NCBI GenBank assembly: GCA_943372805.1
Contig: CALSAF010000002.1
Location: forward strand, 6,004 to 70,003
Reading direction: 5' to 3'
DNA from: Rhizobium sp. Q54
Lineage (GTDB): Bacteria; Pseudomonadota; Alphaproteobacteria; Rhizobiales; Rhizobiaceae
DNA: 64,000 bases
The notes under the pieces are model-generated. The model ran no database searches. It saw nothing but the letters and a program-made list of their open reading frames with translations, and was not told the origin of the DNA. The translations under genes and the position numbers were made by a program. Below, in pieces: positions 1-10,234 of this stretch (the first letter of the stretch is position 1; each line of letters opens with the position of its first letter).

Positions 1-2
1 AC

Positions 3-767
3 GAGATCAAGCGGGTGGAGCGGGCGAAGCTCAATGCGCTCTTGGCGATCTGCGAGACGCCCGGTTGCAGAAGACAGGCTATCCTCAAGCATTTTGGCGA
101 GAGCCATGCCGGAAACTGCGGCAATTGCGACACCTGCCTGAAACCGGTCGAGACCTGGGAGGGGACCGACGCGGCGATCAAGGCGCTGGCGGCGGTCTAT
201 CGCACCGGCGAGCGTTTCGGCACCGGGCATCTGATCGATGTGCTCCTGGGCAATGAGAACGACAAGACGACGCGGTTTGGACATACCGACATGCCGATCT
301 TCGGGGCGGGCAAGGATCTGCCGTCAAAGACCTGGCAATCGGTGTTTCGCCAGTTGCTGGCCGCAGGTTACGTGCGGGTGGATCACACGGCGTTTGGCGC
401 GCTTAAGCTTGAGGAGACGGCACGCGCCGTGTTCAAGCGCGAAGTCGATGTCCGGTTCCGCAAGGACCGGCCCACAACAGGCAAGGCTGCGCGTGGGGCC
501 TCATCTGCGCGGGCGGCAAGCGCTAGAGCCGGGCTTGATGGCGCCGACCTCGAGCTGTTCGAGGCACTGCGCGCCAAACGCATGGAGATCGCCAAAGACC
601 AGGGCGTCCCGCCTTACGTGGTCTTCCCCGACACGACACTGATTGCGATGGCCAACGAACGGCCGATGGACGAAGACGAAATGCTCGGCATTTCCGGCAT
701 CGGGCAATCGAAACTCGAGCGTTATGGGGATGCGTTTCTCGAGGTGATCACGGCGTATTCGCGGTGA
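3..767 (+). CDS. recQ: ATP-dependent DNA helicase RecQ, C-terminal part (Zn-binding, RQC and HRDC domains); 5' end outside the window
   Basis: CRRQAILKHFGE..CGNCDTC Zn motif, RQC winged helix (GERFGTGHLIDVLLG), HRDC (LFEALRAKRMEIA..VPPYVVFPD..GIGQSKLERYG). Confidence 0.97.
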   Translation, partial: EIKRVERAKLNALLAICETPGCRRQAILKHFGESHAGNCGNCDTCLKPVETWEGTDAAIKALAAVYRTGERFGTGHLIDVLLGNENDKTTRFGHTDMPIFGAGKDLPSKTWQSVFRQLLAAGYVRVDHTAFGALKLEETARAVFKREVDVRFRKDRPTTGKAARGASSARAASARAGLDGADLELFEALRAKRMEIAKDQGVPPYVVFPDTTLIAMANERPMDEDEMLGISGIGQSKLERYGDAFLEVITAYSR

Positions 768-803
768 GGTCAGGTGTAGGCAGAGACTGAGGCGACACCG
801 TAG

Positions 804-1021
804 CCTCCTCTCCCCCTTGGGGAGAGGGAAGCCGAGCGCAGCGGAGGCAGGGTGAGGGGGCTGGCGGGTAGCCACCCTCCCCTCGAGGGGGAGGGTCGGA
901 GCGCAGCTCCGGGGTGGGGTGATGGTGTCAACATTTTCCCTGCTTGATGCGTCGAACTCGCAGTATGGTTCACCCCCACCCGCCGCTTTGCTGCGACCTC
1001 CCCCTCAAGGGGGAGGTGGGG
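804..1021. repeat. Cluster of three REP/RIME-like palindromic elements (804-860, 874-921, and 971-1021 inverted relative to the first two)
   Basis: Each copy has a CTCCCC(C)-short loop-GGGGAG stem plus a second GC stem; lies between convergent recQ and araC 3' ends. Confidence 0.85.
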
Positions 1022-2159
1022 AAACCCGCCTCCGCCAGTCGCTCGGGCTTTCGCCGGTGACACGCAGAAATTCCCGATTGAAGTTGGACTTGGTCATGAA
1101 GCCCGCCTCGAAGAGGATGCGGGTCACGGGCATGTCTGTCTCGGCGAGCAGGCGGCAGGCCTCGGTGATGCGGTGGTTGTTGACGTAGTGCGAGACGCTG
1201 ATGCCGTGAACGCGGTTGACCGCTTCGGAGACGGCGCGGGCCGGCATGCCAAGGCGGCGGGCGAGACGGGCTAGGTTCAGGTTCGTGTCGGTCCAAAGAC
1301 GCTTTTCCGTCATCAGGCGGTCAAGATCGGCGGCAAGGCGGTGATGGTCTTCGGTGGCGGCCCTTGCCGTGGAGGCGACTGCCGTTTGCAACCGGGCATC
1401 GGGGGACGCTGCAGGCAAGGCGTCGGCCTGACCCCGGCCGGATGTCGGCCGATCCGACCGGTCTGTTTCCGCATCCGCTCCATCGGCCCCGCCTGTTTCC
1501 TCGCCGGCGCAGACGGCGCCGAGACCGAGCAGAAGCAGGATCAGCGTGGTGGCGGCGGAGACGACCATGGGCGAATAGCGACCGCCGGACCAGAGCATGT
1601 CGAGGCTGATCGCGACATCGGTCAGCGCCGAGGTGATCAGGGCAATGCCGGTCAACTGCAGCGCGCGCCAGGAGCGCAGGGAGCCGTCGAGGCGCGAGGC
1701 GACAAGGCCATCGGGACCCAGCCGGGCCAGCCAGAGCAGCGCGAGGCCATAGGCAAGGAATACGGCAATCAGAATGACATCGACGGGGATATACCGGATG
1801 GGCGGAATGCCGAGCCCCGCCGGCAGGTGGGTGATGAGCAGGATCACCGCAATCAGCAGTGTGGGCAGCAGATGCGGCCAGTCGGCGGCGGAAATTCCCT
1901 GCCGTTCCCGGGCGAGATCGCGAAAGGCCAGATAGGAAAGCGCCGGCATCAGACTTGCCAGGACCGGCAGGATGGCAAGCACCTGTGTCAGGCCATAGCC
2001 CCAGCGCAGACCGACCAGCAGGCTCTGCAGGATGTATAGGGCGATCAGGGGCAGGAAGAGGCCATGTGCGGTCCAGCTGTCGCGCCCCTCGCGCAAAAGA
2101 CGCACAAGGAAGATGCCAAGGACGAGCGCAACGAGAAAGGAGAGCGGGACGAAGAGCAT
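1005..2159 (-). CDS. AraC-family transcriptional regulator with N-terminal multi-pass membrane sensor
   Basis: About 6-7 hydrophobic segments, then C-terminal double HTH (LARLARRLG..VSEAVN; ILFEAGFMTKSNFNREFLRVTGESPSDWR). Confidence 0.9.
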   Translation of the reverse strand: MLFVPLSFLVALVLGIFLVRLLREGRDSWTAHGLFLPLIALYILQSLLVGLRWGYGLTQVLAILPVLASLMPALSYLAFRDLARERQGISAADWPHLLPTLLIAVILLITHLPAGLGIPPIRYIPVDVILIAVFLAYGLALLWLARLGPDGLVASRLDGSLRSWRALQLTGIALITSALTDVAISLDMLWSGGRYSPMVVSAATTLILLLLGLGAVCAGEETGGADGADAETDRSDRPTSGRGQADALPAASPDARLQTAVASTARAATEDHHRLAADLDRLMTEKRLWTDTNLNLARLARRLGMPARAVSEAVNRVHGISVSHYVNNHRITEACRLLAETDMPVTRILFEAGFMTKSNFNREFLRVTGESPSDWRRRVSPPPP

Positions 2160-2340
2160 GGGGCGGTTTTCGAACTTTCGGCATCAGGATGGCGCGATCA
2201 TGACCGCAAGCGCGATCCAGGTCGACCTGAAACGCGATCGAGGTCGAAGGTCCGGCACTGCTTGGCGCAGATGAGGCATCGAAACGGCCCGGGGGATCCC
2301 GACGGCGAACACCACCGGGCCACTGCAAAGGAGCTTTATC

Positions 2341-3087
2341 ATGCGCAAGAGAACCATCGTGCTTTCCATCCTCGGCGGCCTTGTCGGCCTCGCCATTCTC
2401 GACGGCAGCGTGCAGATGATCCGGGCCGACGAGGCGATCTCCGGCCCCCTCGACCTGACAGGCGTCACGCGGCTGGAGGTGACGGGCGCGGCGAGCGACA
2501 TCGTCATTTCGACACGCGGCGACGGCGCCCGGGAGGCGGTGCTGACCGGAACGCGGCGCGGCTGGGGCGCGCTGTGGCGCTCGGCCTGGTTCTCCCCCGG
2601 CTGCGCCCGGCAGGGCCGGATGGGCCGCGATGGCACGACGCTGACAGTGGACATGGGCGACCGAGGCGGTTTCTTCGGCTGGAACGACCTCGACGACTGC
2701 ACGCTGACCCTGGATGCGACGCTTGCGCCGGATGTGGCGGTGTCGATCAACCAGAATGCCGCCCGCATGCGGCTTGATGGCGATTTTTCCAGCATCGACG
2801 TTTCCAGCGATGCCGGGGACTTTTCACTCGTCGGCCATGCCACACGCGTGGCGGTGGATGGGGCAGCGCTCAGGGCGCGGCTGACCTTCGACCGGGTGAT
2901 GCGCAACGAGGCGGTGCTCGTTTCCGGAACGATGCTGGATGCTTCCATCCGCTTCCTCGTCCCGACCACCATTTCCTATGGCGTCGATGCCGTCGCGTCC
3001 TATGTCGACAGCGCGCTTGCCAATACGCCGGGCGCGCAACCGGCCATCACCATCCGGGGCGAGATGGTGCATGCAACCATCCGGTGA
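2341..3087 (+). CDS. Exported/membrane-anchored protein with DUF2807/DUF4097-like beta-rich repeats
   Basis: GGAG upstream; N-terminal MRKR plus hydrophobic segment; repeated beta-strand motifs (LEVTGAASDI, IDVSSDAGDFSL); divergent from araC. Confidence 0.6.
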   Translation: MRKRTIVLSILGGLVGLAILDGSVQMIRADEAISGPLDLTGVTRLEVTGAASDIVISTRGDGAREAVLTGTRRGWGALWRSAWFSPGCARQGRMGRDGTTLTVDMGDRGGFFGWNDLDDCTLTLDATLAPDVAVSINQNAARMRLDGDFSSIDVSSDAGDFSLVGHATRVAVDGAALRARLTFDRVMRNEAVLVSGTMLDASIRFLVPTTISYGVDAVASYVDSALANTPGAQPAITIRGEMVHATIR

Positions 3088-3152
3088 CGGTGCATGGAGG
3101 AGTGCGGCGCCAGCGTGCGGCGCCCGTCACCGAAGCGAAAAGAGGAGCTCTG

Positions 3153-4274
3153 TCAGGCCGCAGCGCGGTCCATCGCCTTGATCAGACGGATGAGATGATC
3201 GCCGATCGCCTTACCGAGTAGCGGAGGCACGGCATTGCCGACCTGCACATATTGCTCGGTTCGGGAGCCGGCAAATTCGAACCAGTCCGGGAAGGCCTGC
3301 AGGCGTGCCGCTTCTCGGACTGTGATCGCCCTGTCCTGTTCGGGGTGGATATAGGCGCCCCAATGAATGTCGCATTTGGTCAGGACCGTGCAGGAGAGCC
3401 CGTCCCAGGTCATCCGCCCATAACGTTTCGTGTGGTCCGAGCGCTTCGCGCGCTTCATGCCCTCCGGCAGGAGCTCATGGGGAATGTCGCGCCAGCTTCC
3501 GCCCGGCGGAATGTAGGGCAGGCGCTGCATGTTGACCTTGCCCAACGTCGGTGCGGCATGGCCGTCCACGACTGTCTGATTGCCGCGCATCAGCTGCTGG
3601 AAACGGCTTGGGACTTCATCCCGGTAACGTACCCGACCTTTGTCCTCGCCATTTTGCAAGGGTGGCAAGTCCCCGATCGCATCCTTGATCGTGGTGAAGG
3701 GTTCGTCGCGATCCGGACCATGCGTCGGCAGCGGATGGGAAATCGGTGCGCCGAGCCGGTTGCCGATGAAGACGACACGGCGACGCTCCTGGGGCACGCC
3801 ATAATCTTCGGATCTTAGGACCTGCTCCTCCACCGCATATCCCAATGCGCCAAGCTCCGCCTTGATCGCGCGGACAGCCTCACCGCCACCGATCGAATAG
3901 ATGCCGGTGACATTCTCCATCACGATCCATTCGGGCCGCAGACCATCGACGATGCGCAGATATTCCTTGAACAGCGTGGCGCGCGCATCATGCATGCCGC
4001 GCTGGTGGTTATAAACCGAATAGGCCTGGCAGGGCGGGCCTCCGGCAAGCACGGTGAGTTCGCCCCGGCGAAGCCCCGTCTGCTTCATCAGGTCTTCGAC
4101 GGCAAGCGCCTCGATCGGGCCAGGAATGAACTTCGCGTCCGGATGGGTGCGGGCAAAAGTCTCTCCGGCTGCCGCAAAGATATCATTGCCGGCCAGCACC
4201 TTGAACCCGGCCATTTCCAGGCCGGCAGACAATCCACCAGCACCGCAGAATAGGTCGATTGCCGTGTGGCTCAT
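3153..4274 (-). CDS. DNA (cytosine-5)-methyltransferase
   Basis: Motif I IDLFCGAGG, catalytic GGPPCQ, motif VI MENV, VPQERRRV, motifs IX/X TVREAARLQAFPD..QVGNAVPP; start taken at MSHTAIDLF. Confidence 0.96.
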   Translation of the reverse strand: MSHTAIDLFCGAGGLSAGLEMAGFKVLAGNDIFAAAGETFARTHPDAKFIPGPIEALAVEDLMKQTGLRRGELTVLAGGPPCQAYSVYNHQRGMHDARATLFKEYLRIVDGLRPEWIVMENVTGIYSIGGGEAVRAIKAELGALGYAVEEQVLRSEDYGVPQERRRVVFIGNRLGAPISHPLPTHGPDRDEPFTTIKDAIGDLPPLQNGEDKGRVRYRDEVPSRFQQLMRGNQTVVDGHAAPTLGKVNMQRLPYIPPGGSWRDIPHELLPEGMKRAKRSDHTKRYGRMTWDGLSCTVLTKCDIHWGAYIHPEQDRAITVREAARLQAFPDWFEFAGSRTEQYVQVGNAVPPLLGKAIGDHLIRLIKAMDRAAA

Positions 4275-4328
4275 GGTCGCTACCGCCTCGGTTGTTCTCA
4301 CTTTGTACTCGTTATAGCAACAAAATAT

Positions 4329-5369
4329 TCAACGAACAATGTGGTCCTGTTTCGTCTTCGATCTTATTCGCTGTTCAAACTCTGCCTTTGTCACTGGCAA
4401 GCCGCCGGTGAGGCCCAACGTGGCCGCGTCGAGCGTCGTACACACCTCGCTAACCACCTTCAGTCGAAATGGGCCGCCGTTTGGATTTTCAACAAAATCG
4501 ACAAGAAACCAGACGATATCAGCGTTAGAGACATCGCTAACCGTTTCCATCGTTCCCATGGACTGAAAGAAGGGCGCATCAACCACTACGGCCATCTTGC
4601 GCCCCCAGCGCCTGAGCGTCGGCACCTTTGTCAGCAGTTGCGGCATCAGGCGCTTAACGCCGCTGCTGCGGTAATCGGGGCGCCGCTTGACCCGTGCCAT
4701 CGACAGGGCGCCGCCGGTGTCCTTGATGTGATCGAACTCCAGGGACATTTTCTCGCCGGAGAAATAGACCGCTTGTATCTCGACCGCCACCCAGTCGATA
4801 ACATCGGATGGGCCGCCATTGCCCTTGACGAGGATCATGTCGATCCGACCGACGTCTTCGCCCGGCGAACTGTCGAGATTGCCGGTCGACTTCAGGAAAC
4901 CGACTTCGCCGACACGGTTTGCCTCGGGATCGCCAAGCAGGCTCTCGCCGATCGCGTCGAAGACAAGACCGCCCTGGTGAAAGCGCGCGGGACACAGGGC
5001 GCGGATTCGACCGCGATCCCCCTCGACCGGGGCGATCCGCCCTTCATCCTCGCCATAGATTCGGATGGAGCAGACACCGCCCGGCTTGGTGCAGGTCGGA
5101 TGGGCGCTGTTGATCTTGAAGGGACAGGGACGCTCCTCCGCTTGCTGTTTCTCCAGTTTGCGGCGCAGCTCTTCCAACCGCTTTTCTTCCCGCGCACGCA
5201 AATTCCCAAGCTGCGTCTGGCGCTCAAGATCCGCCAGACGATCCAGATCCGCCTTGCTCATTGCCGCACCACCGACCTCATGGTCCGCCAAGGCCAGACG
5301 CTCGGCATCGGTCAGGGCCAGGAAGGGGTGCCCATACCATTCAGCAATGTGAAACCGTTCCTGGGACAC
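4329..5369 (-). CDS. NotI-family type II restriction endonuclease
   Basis: Cys4 pattern CPF..CTKPGGVCS..LCPARF, PD-(D/E)XK-like core (GRIDMILV..VEIQAVYFSG), C-terminal PDYRSSGVKRLMPQL..K; directly upstream of the MTase. Confidence 0.85.
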   Translation of the reverse strand: MSQERFHIAEWYGHPFLALTDAERLALADHEVGGAAMSKADLDRLADLERQTQLGNLRAREEKRLEELRRKLEKQQAEERPCPFKINSAHPTCTKPGGVCSIRIYGEDEGRIAPVEGDRGRIRALCPARFHQGGLVFDAIGESLLGDPEANRVGEVGFLKSTGNLDSSPGEDVGRIDMILVKGNGGPSDVIDWVAVEIQAVYFSGEKMSLEFDHIKDTGGALSMARVKRRPDYRSSGVKRLMPQLLTKVPTLRRWGRKMAVVVDAPFFQSMGTMETVSDVSNADIVWFLVDFVENPNGGPFRLKVVSEVCTTLDAATLGLTGGLPVTKAEFEQRIRSKTKQDHIVR

Positions 5370-5488
5370 GCAAGCACTCCAATGATCCAGCAGCCATTGG
5401 GCTGATTCGCACCTTTGCCGTCAACTGCGTGGCGCCACCGGCCATGTCCTGCAGATGTCCAATCGTAAGGATGTCCCAGCGCCCTTAC

Positions 5489-5539
5489 CACCCCCACCCG
5501 CCGCTTTGCGGCGACCTCCCCCTCAAGGGGGAGGTGGGG
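5489..5539. repeat. REP/RIME-like element, direct repeat of 971-1021
   Basis: CACCCCCACCCGCCGCTTTGC(T/G)GCGACCTCCCCCTCAAGGGGGAGGTGGGG: 50 of 51 positions identical. Confidence 0.92.
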
Positions 5540-5542
5540 GCT

Positions 5543-6049
5543 TCACGCGCCCAGCTTCAGTTCCATCATCGTCAGGTCCAGCCAGCGGCCGAATTTCTTG
5601 CCCACCTCAAGATGCGTGCCGACGAGGCGGAAGCCGAGCTTTTGGTGGAGCGCGATGGAGCCTGTATTGCCGGCTTCGATGGCGGCGATCATGACATGGA
5701 TGTCCCCTGCCCTGGCGCGCTCGATCAGGGCGGTCATCAGGGCCTTGCCGATGCCGCGGCCATGGTGGTCTTTCTCCACATAGACGGAATGTTCAACCGA
5801 GTGGCGGAAGCCATCGAAGGCGCGCCAGTCGCCATAGGAGGCATAACCGGCGATGCGGCCATCGACTTCGGCAACCAGGATCGGAAAGCCGCGCGTTTGG
5901 CGAAGCTCGAACCAGGCCTTTCGGTTGTCGAGATCGACAAGGGTCTCGTTCCAGATCGCAGTGGTTTCCGCGACGGCGTGGTTGTAGATGGCGAGAATTT
6001 CGGGCAGGTCGGCTTGCGTTGCATCGCGCAGCGTGACGGGCATGGTCAT
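5543..6049 (-). CDS. GNAT N-acetyltransferase, phosphinothricin-acetyltransferase (YncA/MddA-like) family
   Basis: EILAIYNHAV, YASYGDWR, VEHSVYV, GRGIGKALM, N..SIALHQKLGF, GKKFGRWLD; start likely 6043 or 6049 rather than 6244. Confidence 0.93.
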   Translation of the reverse strand: MTMPVTLRDATQADLPEILAIYNHAVAETTAIWNETLVDLDNRKAWFELRQTRGFPILVAEVDGRIAGYASYGDWRAFDGFRHSVEHSVYVEKDHHGRGIGKALMTALIERARAGDIHVMIAAIEAGNTGSIALHQKLGFRLVGTHLEVGKKFGRWLDLTMMELKLGA

Positions 6050-6178
6050 GATCGGTATTCTACATTTTACGGCGGAAAAACCGCCATGCGGGACTGAGAT
6101 GTGACGGGCGATACTTCGCCGCATCGACACATCGGGCAACAAGGGTGCAAAGGCAAGACCCAAGACATTCGGAAACCA

Positions 6179-6664
6179 ATGCCCATGACCTCTCTGCTTC
6201 CCGGACTGCTGACCCGCTACGTTCTCGTGCTGATCGGCGCACAATTTGCGATCTTCCTGCTGGCGCTGGTGCTCGACGCCTTCGGCTGGGGCGACAGCCT
6301 GTCCTCTGCGGCCAATGTCGCCGTGTTGATTGCGGCCGGGTCTTCCGCCGGCAGCTTCGTTGCCCAGCGGCTGAAAGCCAGGCCCGGCTGGGGGCTCAGC
6401 CTGAAGCTCTCAGGCCTGCTGGCCCTTGTTGCCGTGGTGGCGGGCTCGCTGATGCTTGTCGGCATCGTGCTGCTGAACGGGATTACCGAAGCGGAACTAC
6501 AGCTTCTCGCAGCCCAGATGGGCATGACGCCCGTCACGGCGGCGCTGGTGGTTGCGGGCGTTTCGCTGGTGCTGAGCTATCCCGTAACGCTGGCAGGGTT
6601 CCGGATCGGCGCGGGCGCAACGGCAAAGCAGATGGCACGCCAGGCGGCGCTGACGGGAATCTGA
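6179..6664 (+). CDS. Hypothetical integral membrane protein (about 4 TM)
   Basis: Hydrophobic ORF with host-like codon usage; start uncertain. Confidence 0.65.
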   Translation: MPMTSLLPGLLTRYVLVLIGAQFAIFLLALVLDAFGWGDSLSSAANVAVLIAAGSSAGSFVAQRLKARPGWGLSLKLSGLLALVAVVAGSLMLVGIVLLNGITEAELQLLAAQMGMTPVTAALVVAGVSLVLSYPVTLAGFRIGAGATAKQMARQAALTGI

Positions 6665-6831
6665 GGCGATCCGGCCTTACCCGTCGTCATGCTCGGGCCG
6701 TGTCCGGAGCCTCCACTGCCGTTGCAACGCGTTTGACGAGAGCGGACGCCTTGAGACTGCGGCAGGCCTCGGCAGATCCTCGGCACGAGGGCCGAGGATG
6801 ACGTTCCTTCATGCCCGGGCGTGCGGTTTCT

Positions 6832-7491
6832 TCAGCCAAGGCTGATGGCCGTGAACACCGCAGAATAATGGACGATGGCGGCGGTGACGACGAAGGCGTG
6901 CCAGATGGCGTTCTGGAAGCGCAGACGTTCCCAGACATGGAAGACGACGCCGGCGGAATAGATGCAGCCGCCGATGATGATCAGCGTCAGCGTGATGCCG
7001 GGGATGATTTCCGACAGCGGGCCCATGGCCAGTGCGCCGCTCCAGCCCATGCCGAGATAAAGCAGGATGGCGAGCCGGTCATAACGGCCGGGGAAGCGGA
7101 ATTTCAGCCAGATGCCGGTGAAGGCCGTCGCCCAGATGCCAAGAAGCAGCGCCAGGATCAGCGGGCGGTCGGCGCCCTGGATGAGGAAGGGCGTATAGGT
7201 CGAGGCGATCAGGATGAAGATCGCCGAGTGATCGCATCGGCGCAGCCACCACTTGACCTTGGAATGCGGCCACATGTTGTAGGTGAAGGAGACGCCGAGC
7301 GCGATGATCAGGCCTAGCCCATAGATCCAGCTGGCGGCGATATCGGCATAATCCGAATAGACGGTGGCGTAGAAGATCAGCGCGGTGGCTCCGACCAAAG
7401 CAAAGACGACACCGATGCCATGGATGATCCCGTCAGCGACCAGCTCGTGCAGGTCATAGGCGCGGCCAAACTTGAAATTCTCGGTGGTCAT
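6832..7491 (-). CDS. Hemolysin III / PAQR family membrane protein
   Basis: ELVADGIIHGIG, RRCDHSAIFILIASTYTP, HAIW-like NAIWHAFV; 7 TM. Confidence 0.92.
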   Translation of the reverse strand: MTTENFKFGRAYDLHELVADGIIHGIGVVFALVGATALIFYATVYSDYADIAASWIYGLGLIIALGVSFTYNMWPHSKVKWWLRRCDHSAIFILIASTYTPFLIQGADRPLILALLLGIWATAFTGIWLKFRFPGRYDRLAILLYLGMGWSGALAMGPLSEIIPGITLTLIIIGGCIYSAGVVFHVWERLRFQNAIWHAFVVTAAIVHYSAVFTAISLG

Positions 7492-7690
7492 CGCAGCTCT
7501 TCGTCTTTCGTCATGGCGGCGGCTTCCGGTCGCGAAGCGGCCCTTGGGAAGGATGGCGGAAATGGCCGGAGTGAACAAGCGGTGTGGTCTTCACAAACAC
7601 ACCGTGACCGTAACCTTCCTTGCTTGCCTTATCGTGACACGCCGCCTACCAATCAATGGTTACCGCCAAAATTGGTTGCCGAGAAAAATC

Positions 7691-8074
7691 ATGCGTTTCA
7701 CGATCCTTGCCACGTTTGCTGCGCTCACCACCTATTGCTGGTTTCTCCTCAAGGTCGGCCAGGCGCGCCGAAAGTTCGGGGTCGAGGCGCCGAAGACCAC
7801 CGGAAGCGCCGATTTCGAACGGGTCTTTCGGGTGCAACAGAATACGGTGGAGCAACTGGTCCTCTTCCTGCCGTCGCTGTGGATCTTCGGCTTTTATGTT
7901 TCGGACGTTGTCGCCGGACTGCTGGGCCTCGGCTGGACGGCGGCACGGGCACTTTACGCGGCGGAATATTACGACGATGCGAAGAAACGCGGGCCAGGGG
8001 CAGCGCTGACATTCCTTGTTGGCATCGTGCTTTTGATCGGCGGTACGATCGGGGCCCTGATCAAGGGGGCGTGA
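7691..8074 (+). CDS. MAPEG family protein
   Basis: VGQARRKFGVEAPKTTGSADFERVFRVQQNTVEQL. Confidence 0.9.
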   Translation: MRFTILATFAALTTYCWFLLKVGQARRKFGVEAPKTTGSADFERVFRVQQNTVEQLVLFLPSLWIFGFYVSDVVAGLLGLGWTAARALYAAEYYDDAKKRGPGAALTFLVGIVLLIGGTIGALIKGA

Positions 8075-8422
8075 GAGCCGGGCCCGTCTCCCGGCACACA
8101 ATCCCACGCCTACAGAAAATGCATGTGCCGATTATCTGGGCCTGCTCTCGCCCGCAAGGGTTGCGGCGTTAACACATCATTGTTCTGAATCTGCGCAAAT
8201 ACTCACGTAAGTGGCGTATTTGAAGGCAAAGTTTAGCAAAGCGTAAACGGATCACCCCTAAATCTTGCAGGGGTCGGCACAGCGACGGCAGAAGCTGGTT
8301 ATGCGTAGACCGACGAGCATGCCACCCGTGACAGGGTGTGAAGCCGGCTTTTTGCGGGCAGAACCGTCATGTGTTTGCTTGCGCCTTTGTGACTTGAAAC
8401 CGTAGACGCATCCGAGGTTCTC

Positions 8423-10234
8423 ATGACCATAAGATTGAAACTGCTGGCCTGCATTTCGCTTTTGACAGGTGCCATTTTCGTCATCTCGGCTTTCGCCTTC
8501 TATGCAAAGGAAGAGCAATCAAAACTGACCACGTCGATCGTGGCCGACCGGGTCATTCCGATGGAACAGCTGAAGGTGATTGCCGACTCCTATGCAGTCG
8601 ACATCGTCGATGCCGTGCACAAGGTGCGATCGGGCGCGTTCAGCTTCGAACAGGGGCAAAAGAGCGTCGATGCGGCCATGGGCAAGATCGAGCAGAAGTG
8701 GGGCGAATACATCGTCACCTACCTGACTCCCGAGGAAAAGACGATTGCCGACGAGTTCCTGAAGGTCCGGGAGGGCGCCGATGCCGGCGTCAAGGAATTG
8801 CAGGCGCTGCTTCTCGCCAAGGACATGGAGGGGCTGGCCAGCTTTGCCGACAAGAAGCTCTATCCGACGATTGATCCGCTCGGCACCGAGATTTCCCGTC
8901 TGATCGAGTTGCAGATCCGGGTGGCCAAGGAAAACCTTGAGACGGCCAATATGCTGAAGGCCATGCTGACGACGCTGATGGTGGCCATGTCCGTCATGGC
9001 GGCTGGCGTTGCGGGTTTTTCGATCTGGACCGTGGTTGCCGGCGTCATTCGCCCGGTCAATTCGATCACCACGGCGATGGACAGGCTGGCGCATGGCGAT
9101 CTCGATGTCACCATCTATGGCGAGGGCCGCCGCGACGAGATCGGCGTGATGGCCTCGACCGTTGCCGTGTTCCGCGACAATGCCCGCGAGCGGGTTCGGC
9201 TGGAGAAAGAGGCGGAGGCCAACCGCACGCTGTCCGAGCAGGAGCGCATGGAACGCGAACGCCAGCAGGCGCAGGATGCCGCCGAAGTGCGCTTTGCGGT
9301 AGACAGGATCGGCCATGCGCTCGGCCAATTGTCGGATGGCAAGCTGACCTATCGGATCACGGAAGCCTTTGCCGAGCGGCTGGATGCGATCCGGGTGAAT
9401 TTCAACGATGCGGTGGCAAAGCTCGAAGATGCCATGCGCCGCGTCGGGCAGAATGCTCAGGTGATCGCCGCGGGCTCAAGCCAGATCCATGCCGCCGCAG
9501 ACGACCTGTCGAAGCGCACCGAGCGCCAGGCGGCGTCTGTCGAGGAGACCGCCGCAGCGCTCGAGCAGATCACCACCACGATCGGCGAAACCAGCCACCG
9601 CGCCCAGGAGGCAGGACGGCAGGTGCACGAGACACGCGGGGCGGCGGAACGCTCCGGGACGATCGTCGAGCGGGCGGTTTCGGCCATGCAGGAGATCGAG
9701 GGCTCGTCGAAGGAAATCACCACGATCATCAGCGTGATCGACGAAATCGCCTTCCAGACCAATCTTCTGGCGCTCAATGCCGGCGTCGAGGCCGCCCGCG
9801 CCGGGGAAGCCGGCAAGGGCTTTGCCGTCGTCGCCCAGGAGGTGCGCGAACTTGCCCAGCGTTCGGCCAGTGCTGCGAAGGAAATCCGCTCGCTGATCGG
9901 CAAGTCCGGCGACCAGGTGAAGAATGGTGTCGACCTCGTGGTGGCGACCGGCAAGGCGCTGGAGGAGATCGTCGCCCAGGTTCAGGCCGTCAGTGTCAAT
10001 GTGAACGCCATTGTCGAAGCCTCCGGCGACCAGGCGACGGGGCTCAAGGAAATCAACACGGCCGTCGCCGTCATGGACCAGGGCACGCAGCAGAATGCCG
10101 CCATGGTCGAGGAATCCACCGCGGCCAGCCGGTCACTCGCCAAGGAGGCGGAGGCGCTATTCCAGCTGATCGCGAAATTCGAGATATCAGGGCAGAGCAA
10201 CCAGAGCCAGCCGGGCACGCGCCGGGCGGCGTGA
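8423..10234 (+). CDS. Methyl-accepting chemotaxis protein (four-helix sensor, HAMP, MA domain)
   Basis: Two TM, HAMP ([10 protein letters not shown]), [40 protein letters not shown]. Confidence 0.97.
   Translation: MTIRLKLLACISLLTGAIFVISAFAFYAKEEQSKLTTSIVADRVIPMEQLKVIADSYAVDIVDAVHKVRSGAFSFEQGQKSVDAAMGKIEQKWGEYIVTYLTPEEKTIADEFLKVREGADAGVKELQALLLAKDMEGLASFADKKLYPTIDPLGTEISRLIELQIRVAKENLETANMLKAMLTTLMVAMSVMAAGVAGFSIWTVVAGVIRPVNSITTAMDRLAHGDLDVTIYGEGRRDEIGVMASTVAVFRDNARERVRLEKEAEANRTLSEQERMERERQQAQDAAEVRFAVDRIGHALGQLSDGKLTYRITEAFAERLDAIRVNFNDAVAKLEDAMRRVGQNAQVIAAGSSQIHAAADDLSKRTERQAASVEETAAALEQITTTIGETSHRAQEAGRQVHETRGAAERSGTIVERAVSAMQEIEGSSKEITTIISVIDEIAFQTNLLALNAGVEAARAGEAGKGFAVVAQEVRELAQRSASAAKEIRSLIGKSGDQVKNGVDLVVATGKALEEIVAQVQAVSVNVNAIVEASGDQATGLKEINTAVAVMDQGTQQNAAMVEESTAASRSLAKEAEALFQLIAKFEISGQSNQSQPGTRRAA

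Noticed and set aside
804-1021. Repeat cluster as a CRISPR array
   Set aside because: Copies differ in sequence, length and orientation; no regular spacers; no cas genes.
5420-5450. TGGCGC-centred sequence upstream of the NotI-family gene as another 12-6-12 site
   Set aside because: Left arm does not match and the right arm is out of register; could be chance in GC-rich DNA.
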